A stretch of 64,000 nt of DNA from Eledone cirrhosa (lineage: Eukaryota): the NCBI GenBank assembly GCA_964016885.1, contig OZ024754.1:43586001-43650000 (forward strand). The letters are read 5' to 3'. Each line of letters begins with the position of its first letter. The stretch's first letter is position 1. Shown one piece after another: positions 1 to 14,145 of the stretch. A program made the translations under genes and the position numbers. Below the pieces are notes generated by a model, which saw only the letters and a program-made list of their open reading frames with translations, had not been told where the DNA came from and did not search any database.

Positions 1-183
1 GAGATATTTGTATTCTTCTTGTACATATGAAATATGTATACCATTCCACCAGTCTGTCTGTCTTTGTCTCTGTACATACACATACAGACACACACACACA
101 CATATATATATATATGTATATATATATATATTATCTATGTATATATATGTATATATATATATATATTATTTATGTATATATAC

Positions 184-376
184 ATTTAATATAGAAAGGC
201 TTCTACAGGACTAGAACTGTTTCATTCGTGAGAAATCATCGGCCTTCCTGATGATTTCTCCCGAATGGGATAGTTCTAGTCTTGTAGAAGCCTTTCTACA
301 TTAAATATTTATACTCTGCTATGTATTGAGTACCTTACTTACTGTGGTTACCCCCGATTGAACCCGGGATAAACTT
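184..376 (+). mobile_element. Family A fold-back element with hammerhead (Penelope-like remnant), copy 1
   Basis: Inverted arm 184-240 pairs with ~250-306; cttc-CTGATGA...core at 241-292 (GAAA mutated); TA-rich flanks; homologous to copies at 52305 and 60564. Confidence 0.8.
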
Positions 377-1157
377 ATATATATATATATATTGCAAGTT
401 AGATGTATGCGTGTGTATGCATGTCGGTTTGCATGTATGTATGTGTATATGTGTATGTATATATGTGTATGTATATATGTATGTGTGTATGTATATATAT
501 ATATATGTATTTGTGTATGTATATATATATGTTTGTATATATGTATGTATATACGTATGTATATATGTATGTATGCTTGTATGTATATATGTATATATGT
601 ATGCATGTGTATGTATATATGTTATGTCTGTAGGTATGTATGTATGTATGCATGTATGTATATATATAGAGATATATATGAATGTTTATGTGTATCTATG
701 CATGTATATATGTATATAAGTATCTATGTATATGAATATATATATATGTATGTATGCATGTGTATATATGTATATATGTATGTGTATGTATACATGTATG
801 CTTCTATATATGTATGTATATATGTATATGTGTGTATGTACGTATACAACAGTCCTTCCCATATAAAGCCATGTCCGTGTCTATGCCAGAAGCAGGATTC
901 ATTAAATTTACCACCATATTTACAAGTGTCAAGTTAAAAAACAATCAATTAAAAAAAATGGTAGAATTTTGCCAGATTTTACACTTGATAACACCATCAA
1001 TATCCCGTTGGTGTCCATTCTTTGGTCAGTAGACCCCACAGAACTGCTCCCCAGGGGATCTACTCTAGAATATGACACGGCGTCAACTAACTGTGACTTC
1101 TCGTTGGAAACCATTCAATGAAATTAGTAAAGATACAAATTAAAACAACTAATAATA

Positions 1158-1490
1158 ATCGTTTCTATTTTTTGGCACAGAGCCAGCAATTACCCTCAGT
1201 GTATTACTGGTACTTTATTTTATCGACCCCCGTAAGGATGAAAGGCAAAGCTAACCTCGGCGAGATTTGAACTCAGAACGTAAAGGGTCGTAACTATATG
1301 CTGCAAAGCATGATGTCTGACGCTCCAACGATTACTGCTAAACATAATAATTGTTTCTACTTTTGGCACAAGGCCAGCAATTACCCAGTGCTAAACATAA
1401 TAATAATAATGGTTTCTGATTTAGGCACTAGGCCAGCAATTTTGGGGGAGGGGAAAGTTGATTAAATCAACCTCAGTGCATGACTGGTAA
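1158..1490 (-). mobile_element. SINE family 1, partial tandem
   Basis: tactggtactttattttatcgacccc..ggatgaaaggcaaag; repeated tail tttctacttttggcacaaggccagcaat. Confidence 0.8.
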
Positions 1491-1872
1491 GACAATTATA
1501 AAATAAATATGATGCCTTGTGGTCTCAATATGTAAACTAAACGACTAATTCTGGGTTTTTTGTTTTTTTTCAACGGAGACAACCTTAATAAATTACCGAT
1601 TTTCCGAGCCCCCTCTTATTCGACCTCAACCCCAACCCATTCCCCTATTATTGGGGACCCGAGAGTAGTTCGGGCCTCAGTTTTTAACAATTTAAAAATT
1701 TCGCATCTCATCTCAAAGACATTTTTTTTTCTTTTTATAAAAAAATAAAAAGCTAATTATAAGAGATTGTAATTGACATTGAGTTGTGTCATGTCAGAGG
1801 GATGTTTCTTGGTAGACTATTAAGGTCACTAGACTAGAACATATGTATGTGTGCGTGTGTGTGAGTGTGTGA

Positions 1873-1917
<45 letters not shown>

Positions 1918-2142
1918 GTATATATAGAGAGGGAGATAAACACATATACATAGAAATTAAGGGAGGAGGAGAAAGGTGTACACATAGATATATATAGAGA
2001 CATATACAGAGAGAGAGATGAAGATATATACATAGATAAAGAGAGAGGGGGAGAAAGAGAGAGAGAGAGCGAGAGAGATGAAGACATATACAACAGATAA
2101 AGAGAGAGTGGGAGGGAGAAAGTGATATATATATATATTAGT

Positions 2143-2265
2143 GAAGGCGTGTGGCTGAGTGGTTGGATTCGCAAACATGGGGTTGTGAGTTCGATTACGG
2201 GACAGGGCGATGCGTTATGTCCTTGAGCAAGACACTTTATTTCACGTTGCTCCTTCTACCTGGAG
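2143..2265 (+). mobile_element. tRNA-derived SINE family 2 (CORE-like)
   Basis: tggctgagtgg A box, gttcgatt B box, gtccttgagcaagacacttt domain. Confidence 0.75.
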
Positions 2266-2626
2266 TTGCGACCGATAGATAGTATTAGCAATTGGAAAGA
2301 CCAACGGAAACCTTGTTTCTTCGATCCTTTTTTTATATATTATATCAATTCACAAAATAAACGTTTCTACTGGCTTTCCTCCATTTTGGTTGATGCATCA
2401 ACATCAGTCATTTTTGTTGTCTGATTCTATATTTTTTCTTGACTGTATATAACGTCCGTGAGGAAGTCGTTATGTTAGTTTTAAATGTTTATTTTCTTAG
2501 TTTCTTTTATAAATTTTATTTTACACAAAGAAAAACCCACACGTAACGTCCTGTACCGTCTTTAATGTTTCCTTAATGTGAGCTCTGCGTGGCTAATAAA
2601 GAAATCATTATTACTACTACAGCAGC

Positions 2627-2657
<31 letters not shown>

Positions 2658-2982
2658 TTACACTAACTTTGAAGATGTGGAGAAGCAGCAATCTGTCTGT
2701 CATCAATGGATGCCGACATCTAAGGGTTGGATTCACATCCGTGGCCAGAGAAGGATCCGTAAATATAAAGTGGGGATTATTTCACGCACCAAATACTTTA
2801 CTATTGACTTAAGCAGTCAAAGAAGGGAACCAAAAGATTCCCTCCCTCGGGGATACATACAATTTTCCCGATGTTTATCTGACATTTCTTTCCCCATCAT
2901 TGACAAATTATTCCAAAACGATGTTGTCATTGTGATTCTTATTACTGTTTTAGATTTTAAGAGGACCATATATGTATTTTAA

Positions 2983-3435
2983 GGAGGCGAATTGGCAGAA
3001 TCGTTAAGACGTCGGATAGAACGCTTTACGGCAGTCATTGGTAACCTGCGGCCCGCGAAGCTTTCTGAATGGCTCGCCTAAGTCACCTAAATTTTTACCC
3101 CAACTTTTCAGTCGTAATTTATCTTTATCATTTTTACGATCGTGGAAAACAACGTATACGAATTCTGGAGAAACAAATCAAAACAACCTGAGTTACCGCC
3201 CCTGTTTTTTTTTTTAATGTCGGCACGAATGTAAATTAGCGCTTGTGGCCCGCCTGATGATAAACCATATCTCATGCGGCCCGCTTCTCGAAAAAGATTG
3301 TCCATGCTTGCTTTACGGTATTCGTGCCATCTCTTTGTGTGCTCTGAAATCAAATCCCGCTGGGGTCAACTTTGCCTTTCATCCTTTCGAGGTCAATAAA
3401 AAAAAAGTACCAGTCCAGTACTGGGGTCGATTTTT
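2983..3435 (+). mobile_element. tRNA-derived SINE family 1 (interrupted by MITE)
   Basis: A-box-like tggcagaatcg, B-box-like tcaaatcc; central gcctttcatcc...gtcaataaa...agtaccag domain. Confidence 0.8.
3032..3310. mobile_element. hAT (Charlie-like) MITE, 279 bp, nested in a SINE
   Basis: 8-bp TSD ctttacgg at 3024-3031 and 3311-3318; CA..TG termini; subterminal GCGGCCCG motifs. Confidence 0.85.
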
Positions 3436-4125
3436 CCACTATAGAAAAACTTGGCTGTGTTGAGAGCGGGAGAGGGCTGGGAATAAAACCACAGTGGAAA
3501 GAGTAAGGTTGTCATTTTGAGAAGCAGATATTGCCAGCGCACCTTGATATTTGCACGTTGTCGTTTATAATGTTCAAGTCAGCCCTGCTCCTACCACCAC
3601 CACTACTACTACCACCACCCCCTACACAGACAGAGACACAGGTATATGTCTATCGTCAGCCATCTCTGTGTCACCGTTATAATTACATCATACAGTCTAT
3701 GATGTAATTATATTTACCTTTGCTATTGTCTTCCAATCCTGTTACCTTAATTGTCTTCTATGTAAATCAGATCTTCAACTTGAACTTTTAAGTCACCTTA
3801 ATGTATCAACCCCCACCTCGGCCACTCCACCATACCACACCACCACGGCAACTCCACCTCGTCCACTCCACCACACCACTCCACCTCGGCCACTCTACGT
3901 CGCCCACTCCACCTCCCTACTGCCACCACTCCAACTACACCTCCCACCACCACTCCACTCCACCTCCATACTACCACCACTCCAACCCCACCTCCCACCA
4001 CCACCAACCCCAGCTACCTTCTCATTAAATCTGAACTAATAAAACTACGCTGCGCATAAAATAAAGTTATCTCCGTCCTAGACACAGTCTTGACTCTACT
4101 GTTTTATCTTCTCTCACCCCCTCTC

Positions 4126-4187
<62 letters not shown>

Positions 4188-4253
4188 ATGTATCTGTATA
4201 TATATATATATGCAGATATATATGTATGTATATACATATATATATATACACAC

Positions 4254-4307
<54 letters not shown>

Positions 4308-4654
4308 GCATATATATATATATATGTGTGTATATATACATATATATATATATATGTGTATATATGTATATATATACACATATATATATGCATATATATA
4401 TATATACATATATATATTTATGTGTATATATGTATATATATATATATTTGTATCTTTACATATATATGATATATATATAATATACATATATATATATTAA
4501 GTATGTATATATATATAAATATATATATACATATATATATAATATATAATATAAATATATATATACATACATACAGGTACATATACATGTATATATATAT
4601 ACATACATACAGATACATATACATGTATATATATATGCACACACACACACACAT

Positions 4655-4704
<50 letters not shown>

Positions 4705-4784
4705 CATATATGTAATATATATATACATATATATAATATATATATATATATGTGTATATATACCGATACATATACATGTATATA

Positions 4785-4914
<130 letters not shown>

Positions 4915-5508
4915 ATGCTGTAAGTTCTCTAACAACAAAGACTAATATAATCTCTTGTGAAATAGGGCGCCGTCTACAACAAGCTTTCATTGGCAGCCGA
5001 AGTGTTAGTAATAAAACGACGTATGTCTGACAAACCTTGTTACGTCACTACAGACTCCAGCTTGTCTATAAGGAGGATTACCTCAAACATCGACAGCAAC
5101 AACAACGACGACAACATCAGTGCAGAAACTTGGCCGCTGTTCATACCTTGTTAATACAACAACAGCAGCAACAATATCAACAACAACAGCAACAGTAAAA
5201 GGAACAGCAGCAACATCAGCATCCTGACATATCCACACTCCATGCGTTGTTAATGCAACAACAACAACAACAACAAGACTTGGCTACTCATCATACCTGG
5301 TTAATACAACAACAACAACAACAACAGCAACAACACGGCAGGGCTACTCTTCATGCTTTGATTATACAACAACAGCAGCAACAACAACAACAACAACGAC
5401 AACAAGACATGGCTTCTGTTCATGCATTGTTATTAATATATAGACCACTTAGTTGCGTTTTTTTTATCACACTTTTCTACCTTTCTTCAATTACTGTATA
5501 TATATATA

Positions 5509-5583
<75 letters not shown>

Positions 5584-5594
5584 GTATATATATG

Positions 5595-5667
<73 letters not shown>

Positions 5668-5716
5668 ATATACATATATATATGTATATAAATATATATA
5701 TACATATATTTATATG

Positions 5717-5747
<31 letters not shown>

Positions 5748-5750
5748 GTA

Positions 5751-5808
<58 letters not shown>

Positions 5809-5858
5809 TGTGCGTGTGTGTAAATGAAGTATACACACACATACACACACGCACAGAC

Positions 5859-5903
<45 letters not shown>

Positions 5904-6229
5904 CATATTAATCTATTATGTATTTCATTTGATTTTATCAGCAAGTACGCATACATCTATACACTAAAACAAACACACACAAACACATACACACATTGAC
6001 ACATACACACACTCACACATACACACTCACACATATACACGCACACACAGACACACACACACAGTCACACATATACACACACATATACAAACTGACAAAC
6101 CCTTCAAATCACACACTCGAACATTTCATTAACTTTGTTTTTGTTAATTTTAATGTCGGAAGATATTAAAATTAGATAAACCGGCGTCGTGTTGCTTCTG
6201 AACAAAGTGTGTTGGTTTATTGTGTAATG

Positions 6230-6680
6230 AGGTGGCTTGTGTAAGAGTCGTTACGGCGCCAGATTTAAAATACTTATATATCCCGTCTAACTTCTCTCAA
6301 ATCTCGACGAAGTCAAGTTTTACCTTTCATCATTTTGAGGTCGATAAAAAAAGTACCAGTTTATATCTCTATATTTCTTTCTTATTTCCTGTCTCTCACT
6401 TTCTATCTTTCTCTGGCAGAAATCTGCTGTATTCAGGCCTAGGGAGAGATGGGCTCTGCCAGGCTACAAATACTCAAGTAACGCCGTATGTTAATACGGC
6501 GCCGCTTTGACTCCATCAAGAGTGACAGGTCCTTACCATACCATGTATCATTAGAATCTGCTGTACTCAGGTCTGAAGAGAAATGGACTCTGCCAGGCTG
6601 AATATGTCCAAGAAACGCCGGATGTCAATACGGCCCCCCTACGACCGACTCTATCAAGAGTTACGGCACCATACCAATAT
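6230..6680 (+). mobile_element. SINE family 1 head plus two tandem ~134-bp tail modules
   Basis: Same head-module junction as 55010-55352. Confidence 0.7.
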
Positions 6681-8470
6681 CATCCATAATGCTAGCGCCA
6701 GTATTTAAAGAGAATTATCAAACACAATATATGTCTTTAATTACATTCTACTACCCCAGCTGAAATATCAAGGCAGATAAATGCTATCTGTTATATATAT
6801 AGACGGCCTCTAAACCTGGCACCTTGACGCTCTCATAGAAATACGAGGTCTTCTATAAAGTTGTAACATTTCCTTTAAATGAGCACATTAATATTTCATT
6901 CCGTAGTCTTTGAATTATCCAAGATGTCTTACTTGTTTTCTGTCTGTAATGGTTATTGTTGTGATGGGGTAATGGTGGTGGGGTAGTATTGGTGTTGATG
7001 GTGGTGGTGGTGGTGGTGGGGTGGGTGGCCTTTTTGTTGGACCGACCTGACGATTGGTTTCTTTCATTTTTTAATCGATTCCAATGTCCCACTATACATA
7101 ATTATTATTTCTTTTTTTATAATTTCCTTTCTTTTTTATTTCGTTTTGAATTATGAATTCATAAAATGATTGAAAGAATCTGTGATTCGAACCCACTGCC
7201 ATCCATTTAGTATTTGACTGATGTTTCCCATCAGTCGATGTCCAGCTCATGAATCATTCTATTCCACAAGCTACAGTGAGAAATATGCCACAAAATAAAA
7301 CATACGCCAGGTTCTGTACAATATCGAAACCATTCTCGAATTCTTCAAACAATGTTGGTCTTATTACAATGGCGGTAGTCGGGGTTTTGGTGGTGTGTGT
7401 TTTTTTATGGTGATGTTGTTGGTGGTGTAGATGGTGGTGGTGGTGGTGGTGATTACGATGGTGACAGTGGTGGGGGAGAGCTGTTTGTTGTTGTTGTTGT
7501 TGTTGTTGTAATGGTTTGATGGACGTGGTTTTCCTTAAACATCTTCAATACCTGATACAAGTGAAACAAAAGCAACAACAATAACAACAACAATAACAAC
7601 AACAATAACAACAGTAACAACAGCCATAACAACAGCATTTACAACAACGCTAACAACAGCAATAATAACAACAGTAACAACAGTAATAACAGTAACAACA
7701 GTAACAACAACAGTAACAGCAAAATTAACAATAACATCAACAACAGTATCAACAACAAGAAGAGGAACTATAACAACAACAACAACAACCACAACAACAA
7801 CTACAAGAGGGACTATAACTGGGTAAGTAAACACAAATGGACGAAAAAGAAAGGAAATTATCAAGAAATAAGTAAAAAAAAATGTATATAAAGGGTTAAT
7901 GACTTTGAGTAGCGACAGAGGATAGTTTTAAGTTGGATGTTGGAAATTACTTGATCATCAATCAGACCAGCACTGGTTTGTTTTAAGGTTCGATTTCTAC
8001 TGGTCAGTTCTGGCTAATGATATATATCGTACAGCCTGGCAGCACGATTCCATCAAATATTTAAACTGGGGATTTGGTAAAGATTAACGTTTCTTTATTA
8101 TTTTTTTTATTATTTATTTTTATTTTTTTTTATTTTCTTGTTATTTTATGTTTGTTTGTTTTTATTTATTTCGTGTAATTTTTTTTTCTTATTTTGTTTT
8201 TGTTTTGTTGTTTCTCTTTGTGTCTGTATATTACAAGATATGAAAGCGAAAGAAAGACATTGCATATATATATATATATATATAAATATATATAGGCATA
8301 TATAGGAATATATATATATATATATAGGCATATATATATATATATAGGCATATATATATATATATATTTATATATGTATATATATTTCATATTTATAAAT
8401 ATATATAAATATATATATATGTATACATATATATTCATATTTATATGGATACATATATATACATATTCGT

Positions 8471-8525
<55 letters not shown>

Positions 8526-9020
8526 GTAGATAGATAGACAGATAGATAATATGTGTCGGTTTTTGTGTGTATGCGCGCGCATGAAAGATAGATGGGGAAC
8601 GTATAGGTGAGTGATGTATGACAAGATGTGAGAGTGAAGATAGAGGGGAGTGGGAGTGGTATGTGGTGAAGAATTTAACAAAAGGAACCTCGGGTTTCCC
8701 AGAGAAAGATTTTATATTGCATCTGCAATATTGAAATGTCCAAACTTTGCCAAACTTTGCCAGAAAACTCCACGAAAAACTAATAAAATGATATCAAAAT
8801 GTATTTTGAGAGGGGAAAACTTTGGGGACTCCTGAATGTTGAGCTAAGTTTATTCCAGGGAATGGTGGAAACGAGAACTTTTCTACGTCTAATAAACTAT
8901 ATCAAGAAGTGTGGGTTTCGAATCTAGAATGGAACTTTTACTTCAGCTAACAACAACCTTTATGTCTGTTAAACAATGTTTTGCTACAGAAATATATATA
9001 TATATATACATATATATATA

Positions 9021-9270
9021 AATGGAATAGAATGAAACGAAATTTCATTTCTCACTCTTAGTACGGCACTTACTTAAATGTAAGTATGTATGTATACGTA
9101 CATACATATATGTATACAGACGTACAGTAGCATGTATATATATACATACAGGCACACATATATATATGCCTGTATATATATATATATATATGTGTGCCTG
9201 TATGTATATATAGACATGCTACTGTACGTCTGTATACATATATTTATGTACGTATACATACATACTTACA
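9021..9270 (-). mobile_element. Family C fragment forming a long fold-back (arms ~9079-9160 and ~9189-9270)
   Basis: Inverted repeat; homologous to 20639-20677 and 20975-21066. Confidence 0.7.
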
Positions 9271-9289
9271 TATATATATATATATATAT

Positions 9290-9472
9290 AACAAAGGAAA
9301 TGTGGTAAGGAACCAGATGGACCATAACGCACCAGAGTACTCAATACTTAGGGTAGTAGAGTGGGAAATAGGAAAAAGTATAACCCTGACGGCAGAGCTC
9401 AAGCCGTTTCGACGGCTATTTCTGGACTCGCGTCGAAACGGCTTGAGCTCTGCCGTCGGGGTCATACCTTTT

Positions 9473-9476
<4 letters not shown>
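9290..9476 (-). mobile_element. Family B fold-back element in (TA)n
   Basis: Long arm plus short inverted arm; GAAAC-ggc...gcc-GTC half-hammerhead; 9 related copies in window. Confidence 0.8.
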
Positions 9477-9523
<47 letters not shown>

Positions 9524-9854
9524 GTGTGTGTGTGTGGTAGAAAAGAAAGAAATTGGTGATGACAGTAGTGAGCAATTCAACGTAGAAGAAGAAGAAGAAG
9601 AAGAAGAAGAAGAAGAAGAAGGTACCAGTTTTTCTAATAAAGGAACTGCCTACTAGCGGAAATAAAATGCAAATCTCTGAGCATTCCACAGACACATGCT
9701 CCCTAAATTTCTCAGGGAGATTCGGCAAATTACAAGTGCAACTTATTTTTACCAGATGAACTGTTTGGAATAACATGAAATAAAGTACCTTGTTCAAGGA
9801 CACAGCGCATCACTAGGAATCCAATTCACAGCTTTATTGTTAAAAACGTATGTT

Positions 9855-9980
9855 AGCTTTGATTTTCATCCTTACGCTGTTGATAAAATACAGTACCAGT
9901 AACGCACTGGGGATCGATTTAATCGACTTTCCCTTCCACTAAAATTGTTGACATTGTGTTTAAATCAGAAACCATTATTT
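9855..9980 (+). mobile_element. SINE family 1 fragment
   Basis: tttcatccttacg...gataaaatacagtaccag. Confidence 0.65.
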
Positions 9981-9991
9981 CATTGGCTGCA

Positions 9992-10345
9992 CTACACATA
10001 ATTTCCTTCTATAAGAATAATTACATCTTTAAGAAAATGATTTATAGTTATTCCCCGCCAAAGACCATAATTTGAGCTAGGAGCTGACATCAGCTTGTCC
10101 ACCATTTCTTTGTCGCAACTTGCTGTTTGTGAGTTGACAACTATGGCCAGATTGCTGCCCATTTTCACCTCCTGGGTTTTAGTTGATCTATACTTTCCTG
10201 CTCCATAATCAACAAAAGGATTTTTTCTGTTGCCCCTTCCCTCGTCCTGTAAAATATGTGTTGGTAACATTGTGCCAGGTTTCACACTGTAAGTTGTTGA
10301 CAACTTCACACACATCCGAGCAGTCATCAGCGAGGTGAGACTTCT
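9992..10345 (-). CDS. Coding exon 5, probably terminal (RSLTSLMTAR...NPFVDYGAGKY...YGLWRG...EGNYV*)
   Basis: Polypyrimidine acceptor ctttcttttgctttccactcgtatag; 117-codon open frame ending at TAG 9992-9994; alternative phase-0 donor GTAATT after 10025. Confidence 0.75.
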   Translation of the reverse strand, partial: RSLTSLMTARMCVKLSTTYSVKPGTMLPTHILQDEGRGNRKNPFVDYGAGKYRSTKTQEVKMGSNLAIVVNSQTASCDKEMVDKLMSAPSSNYGLWRGITINHFLKDVIILIEGNYV

Positions 10346-11513
10346 CTATACGAGTGGAAAGCAAAAGAAAGGTAGGGAAGAAAGTTATAGATTTAAGAAG
10401 ACTACATACATCAATATATGTTGTTAATACCTTGCAGAGACACACCTTCACATTGACATTAGAAAACTGGTTCGTTGTAACGGTTATCGCTTCTCGCGTG
10501 TAGTTGTAGCTTTGTATTTGATTGGTGTATGTATGTGTATGTGTGTGGTGTATGTGTGTGGTGTGTGTGTATGTGTGTGTGCTGTGTGTGTGGTGTGTGT
10601 GCGTGTTTGTGCGTGTTTGTGCGTGTGTATATATGAGCTGGCATTAACAATGAGTCGAGTGCGGTGGATTGGCAGTTTCGGTAGAGCGTCGGACACCATG
10701 CTTCGCGGCTTAGAGTTACGGCCCTTTACGTTGAAAATTGATATGTGCGGTCGTGAGGGGAGGAGGAGAAGGAGGAGGGGAAGGAGGAGGAAAGAAAAAG
10801 GAGGGATCAGTTAATGGAGATGTTATTGTTACAAAGATTATATTGAGGAGGAAAACAGCAATAATAACAACAACTATTACAGTAACAACAACAACTGTTA
10901 CAACAACATCAATAACTTCGACAACAACTATACTAACAACAGTAACTGTAACTACAACAACAACAACAATACTAACTACTATAACTACAACAACAACAAT
11001 ACTAACAACAGTAACTACAACAACAGCAACAATGGTGGCCGGTAATCAAGCAGAGCAGAGAGACGCCATGTTGGAGACGAAACGGTGAAGATAAATAATG
11101 GCGAAACTTGACTAAAAAAACTACAAAAACTGGGAACAGTTGACAGGAGAAAGAATCGTGTTATGTCTACCATCTTGTTTCTTTGTTTAGTTGGTTTTAT
11201 ACATCATCATCATCATCATTGTCATCATTATCATTATCATCATCATCCTCATCCTCATTATCATTGTCATTATTGTCATCATCATCACGACCATCATTAT
11301 TATCATCATCATCATCATTACCATCCTCATCATCACCACCATCATCATCATCATTTCTATATTTGAAACAAAACAATATCCATGTCAAACAAACAGTCGT
11401 CATTATTGATATATCATGGTATTCTACTTCCGGTTCCGGAACAAAGCAAAAAAAGAAAATCTTTATAAATAAAGAGTGTGTGTGTGTGAGTGAGAAGGGG
11501 AGTGGAGAGAGAC

Positions 11514-11547
<34 letters not shown>

Positions 11548-12028
11548 TGCGTGTGAAAGGGAGAGAGAGTGATAATGACAAAGGGAGAGTGAGAGAAATG
11601 AGGAGAGAGAGACACAAAGAGAGAAAGAGAGAGAGATAGACACACAGACACAGAGATATAGATGAAATGAGAGAGGGGGGATACAGGTAGTTAGTGATGG
11701 TTGTGCAGGTGATGATGTTGGTGGAGGTAGTGGAGGTGGAGGCGGAGGCGGAGATGGTTTTGGAGTTGGTAGTGGAGGTGGTAATGGTGGTGGAGGTGGT
11801 GATGGTGGTGGAGGTGGTGATGGTGGCGGAGGTGGTGACGCCTACCGGTTTGCCGGTTAATGTTAGTGATGTTTAGGTTATCAGTGACTTGAAAAGGAAA
11901 GTCAGAACGGGAAAGGAAAGACAAGATGGCGCCTACAATGGTTGTTATTGATCCGACATCTTTGACTGGGTTACTTTATAACACACGTTTATATCGATGA
12001 ATAAAACAACAGTAACTACTGCTACTGT

Positions 12029-12075
<47 letters not shown>

Positions 12076-12155
12076 TTACTACTACTAGAAAAATGTTTAC
12101 CTTGTATGTAATTTGTGGAAAGTTATATTTTTCTGCCTTTTTTTCTGCCTTTTTC

Positions 12156-12253
<98 letters not shown>

Positions 12254-12388
12254 GATAAGGAACAAGGATTCAGTGTTGCATCATAACATATTTAATAACA
12301 TATTACATATGTTTCTCTATCGTTCAGCTCGAGGCAAGATAATAGTAACACTGATGATGTCACAGGTGTGTGATGAAGGAACTTTGAT

Positions 12389-12444
<56 letters not shown>

Positions 12445-12538
12445 ACTCCAGTTGCATTTTCGATTTCATCTTTTTTTCTTTATACTTTCACTCGTGTAGG
12501 ACACCTCGGTTATTTTTCATTTTGTAAAAAAACCTCAC

Positions 12539-12568
<30 letters not shown>

Positions 12569-12569
<1 letters not shown>

Positions 12570-12737
12570 ACGAAGGACTTGTGGTAAGGAACGAGATGGA
12601 CCATAACGCGCCAAAGTACTCAATACTTAGGGTAGTAGAGTGGGTAATAGGAACAAGTATGACCCAGACGGCAGAGCTCAAGCCAGAAATAGCCGTCGAA
12701 ACGGCTTGAACTCTGCCGTCGGGGTCATACTTGTTCC

Positions 12738-12739
<2 letters not shown>
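12569..12739 (-). mobile_element. Family B fold-back element in (TA)n
   Basis: Homologous to 9290-9476. Confidence 0.8.
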
Positions 12740-12776
<37 letters not shown>

Positions 12777-12829
12777 GTGTGTGCGTTTGTTTGTATCTGT
12801 GCTTAGAGGCACGAATTGGAAAATATGAT

Positions 12830-12879
<50 letters not shown>

Positions 12880-13159
12880 TGTTTGTGTGTGTGTGTATGT
12901 GCGTGTGTATATATGTGTACCATCATACAAACAGACATATAACTAAACATACATAGCTGTCAGTTGTATATGGCGGTGGTGGCGGGGGATGAGGGGAGAG
13001 GGGGGGTAATAAATCAACATATTTTACTCTCTTTCCATCATTCTATCTGTCATCAAATCTTGTTTTGTTCTTTTTTTCCACCCTTCAACTACTCACAAGA
13101 AGACATTCTTACATATTATTTCAATGTAGGTCCTTTGTATTTTATTGTTATTTTCTTAC

Positions 13160-13292
13160 ACTATTGTTGTTGTTGTTCTTCTTGTTATCTTTGCCTGTAA
13201 ATGTCTTCATACAACTGACTTCATCCATTTCCAGAGATGTTAAACCAGCAAAATCTGTCAAGAACGGCAAATTGTTGCCATCATGATTAGAA
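13160..13292 (-). CDS. Coding exon 4 (SNHDGNNLPFLTDFAG...KKNNNNNS)
   Basis: Acceptor ttaacctttttag, donor GTAAGA; 133 nt, phase 2-0, matching both neighbours. Confidence 0.75.
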
Positions 13293-13500
13293 CTAAAAAG
13301 GTTAAAGTTTGCCCAACAGAATAGAGAATTATATATTAGTTTTATTGGCGTTTAGCGACTGAGAGTACAAGTCTGTCTCCTGGATAAGACGCCAGTCCAT
13401 CACAGAGTTAACTCCCAGTTCCTGCGTTTCCTGCTCCTCTTCCTCCTGATGTTGGCGTGACTTCAGTTAAGTCGACTCAGAGTACAAGACTGTCTCCTGG

Positions 13501-14145
13501 ATAGTAGTATGAGGCAGCAGACGTAAAGAGAGGGGAGTAGCATGAGGCAGCAGACGTAAAGAGAGGGGAGTAGTATGAGGCAGCAGACGTAAAGAGAGGG
13601 GAGTAGTATGAGGCAGCAGACGTAAAGAGAGGGGAGTAGTATGAGGCAGCAGACGTAAAGAGAGGGGAGTAGTATTAGGCAGCAGACGTAAAGAGAGGGG
13701 AGTAGTATTAGGCAGCAGACGTAAAGAGAGGGGAGTAGTATTAGGCAGCAGACGTAAAGAGAGGCGAGTAGTATTAGGCAGCAGACGTAAAAAGAGGGGA
13801 GTAGTATAAGGTAGCAGACGTAAAGAGAGGGGAGTAGTATTAGGCAGCAGACGTAAAGAGAGGGGAGTAGCATGAGGCAGCAGACGTAAAGAGAGGGGAG
13901 TAGTATGAGGCAGCAGACGTAAAGAGAGGGGAGTAGCATGAGGCAGCAGACGTAAAGAGAGGGGAGTAGCATGAGGCAGCAGACGTAAAGAGAGGGGAGT
14001 AGTCTGAGGCAGCAGATGTAAAGAGAGGGGAGTAGCATGAAGTAGCAGACGTAAAGAGAGGGGAGTAGTATGAGGCAGCAGGCGTAAAGAGAGGGGGGGG
14101 TAGTATGAATTAGCAGACGTAAAGAGAGGGGAGTAGTATGAGGTA
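13501..14145. repeat. 33-bp minisatellite, ~19 copies
   Basis: agtagtatgaggcagcagacgtaaagagagggg. Confidence 0.95.

Noticed and set aside
850-1115. Possible exon (including a MORN-like YGGKF...RHGHG reading on minus)
   Set aside because: No acceptor between the upstream stop and the motif; other frames unconvincing
2578-2982. Plus-strand 134-aa ORF in unique sequence
   Set aside because: No recognisable domain or linked exons; splice signals ambiguous on both strands
9624-9750. Extra minus-strand exon after exon 5
   Set aside because: Open frame needs a phase-1 donor that the preceding exon does not convincingly offer
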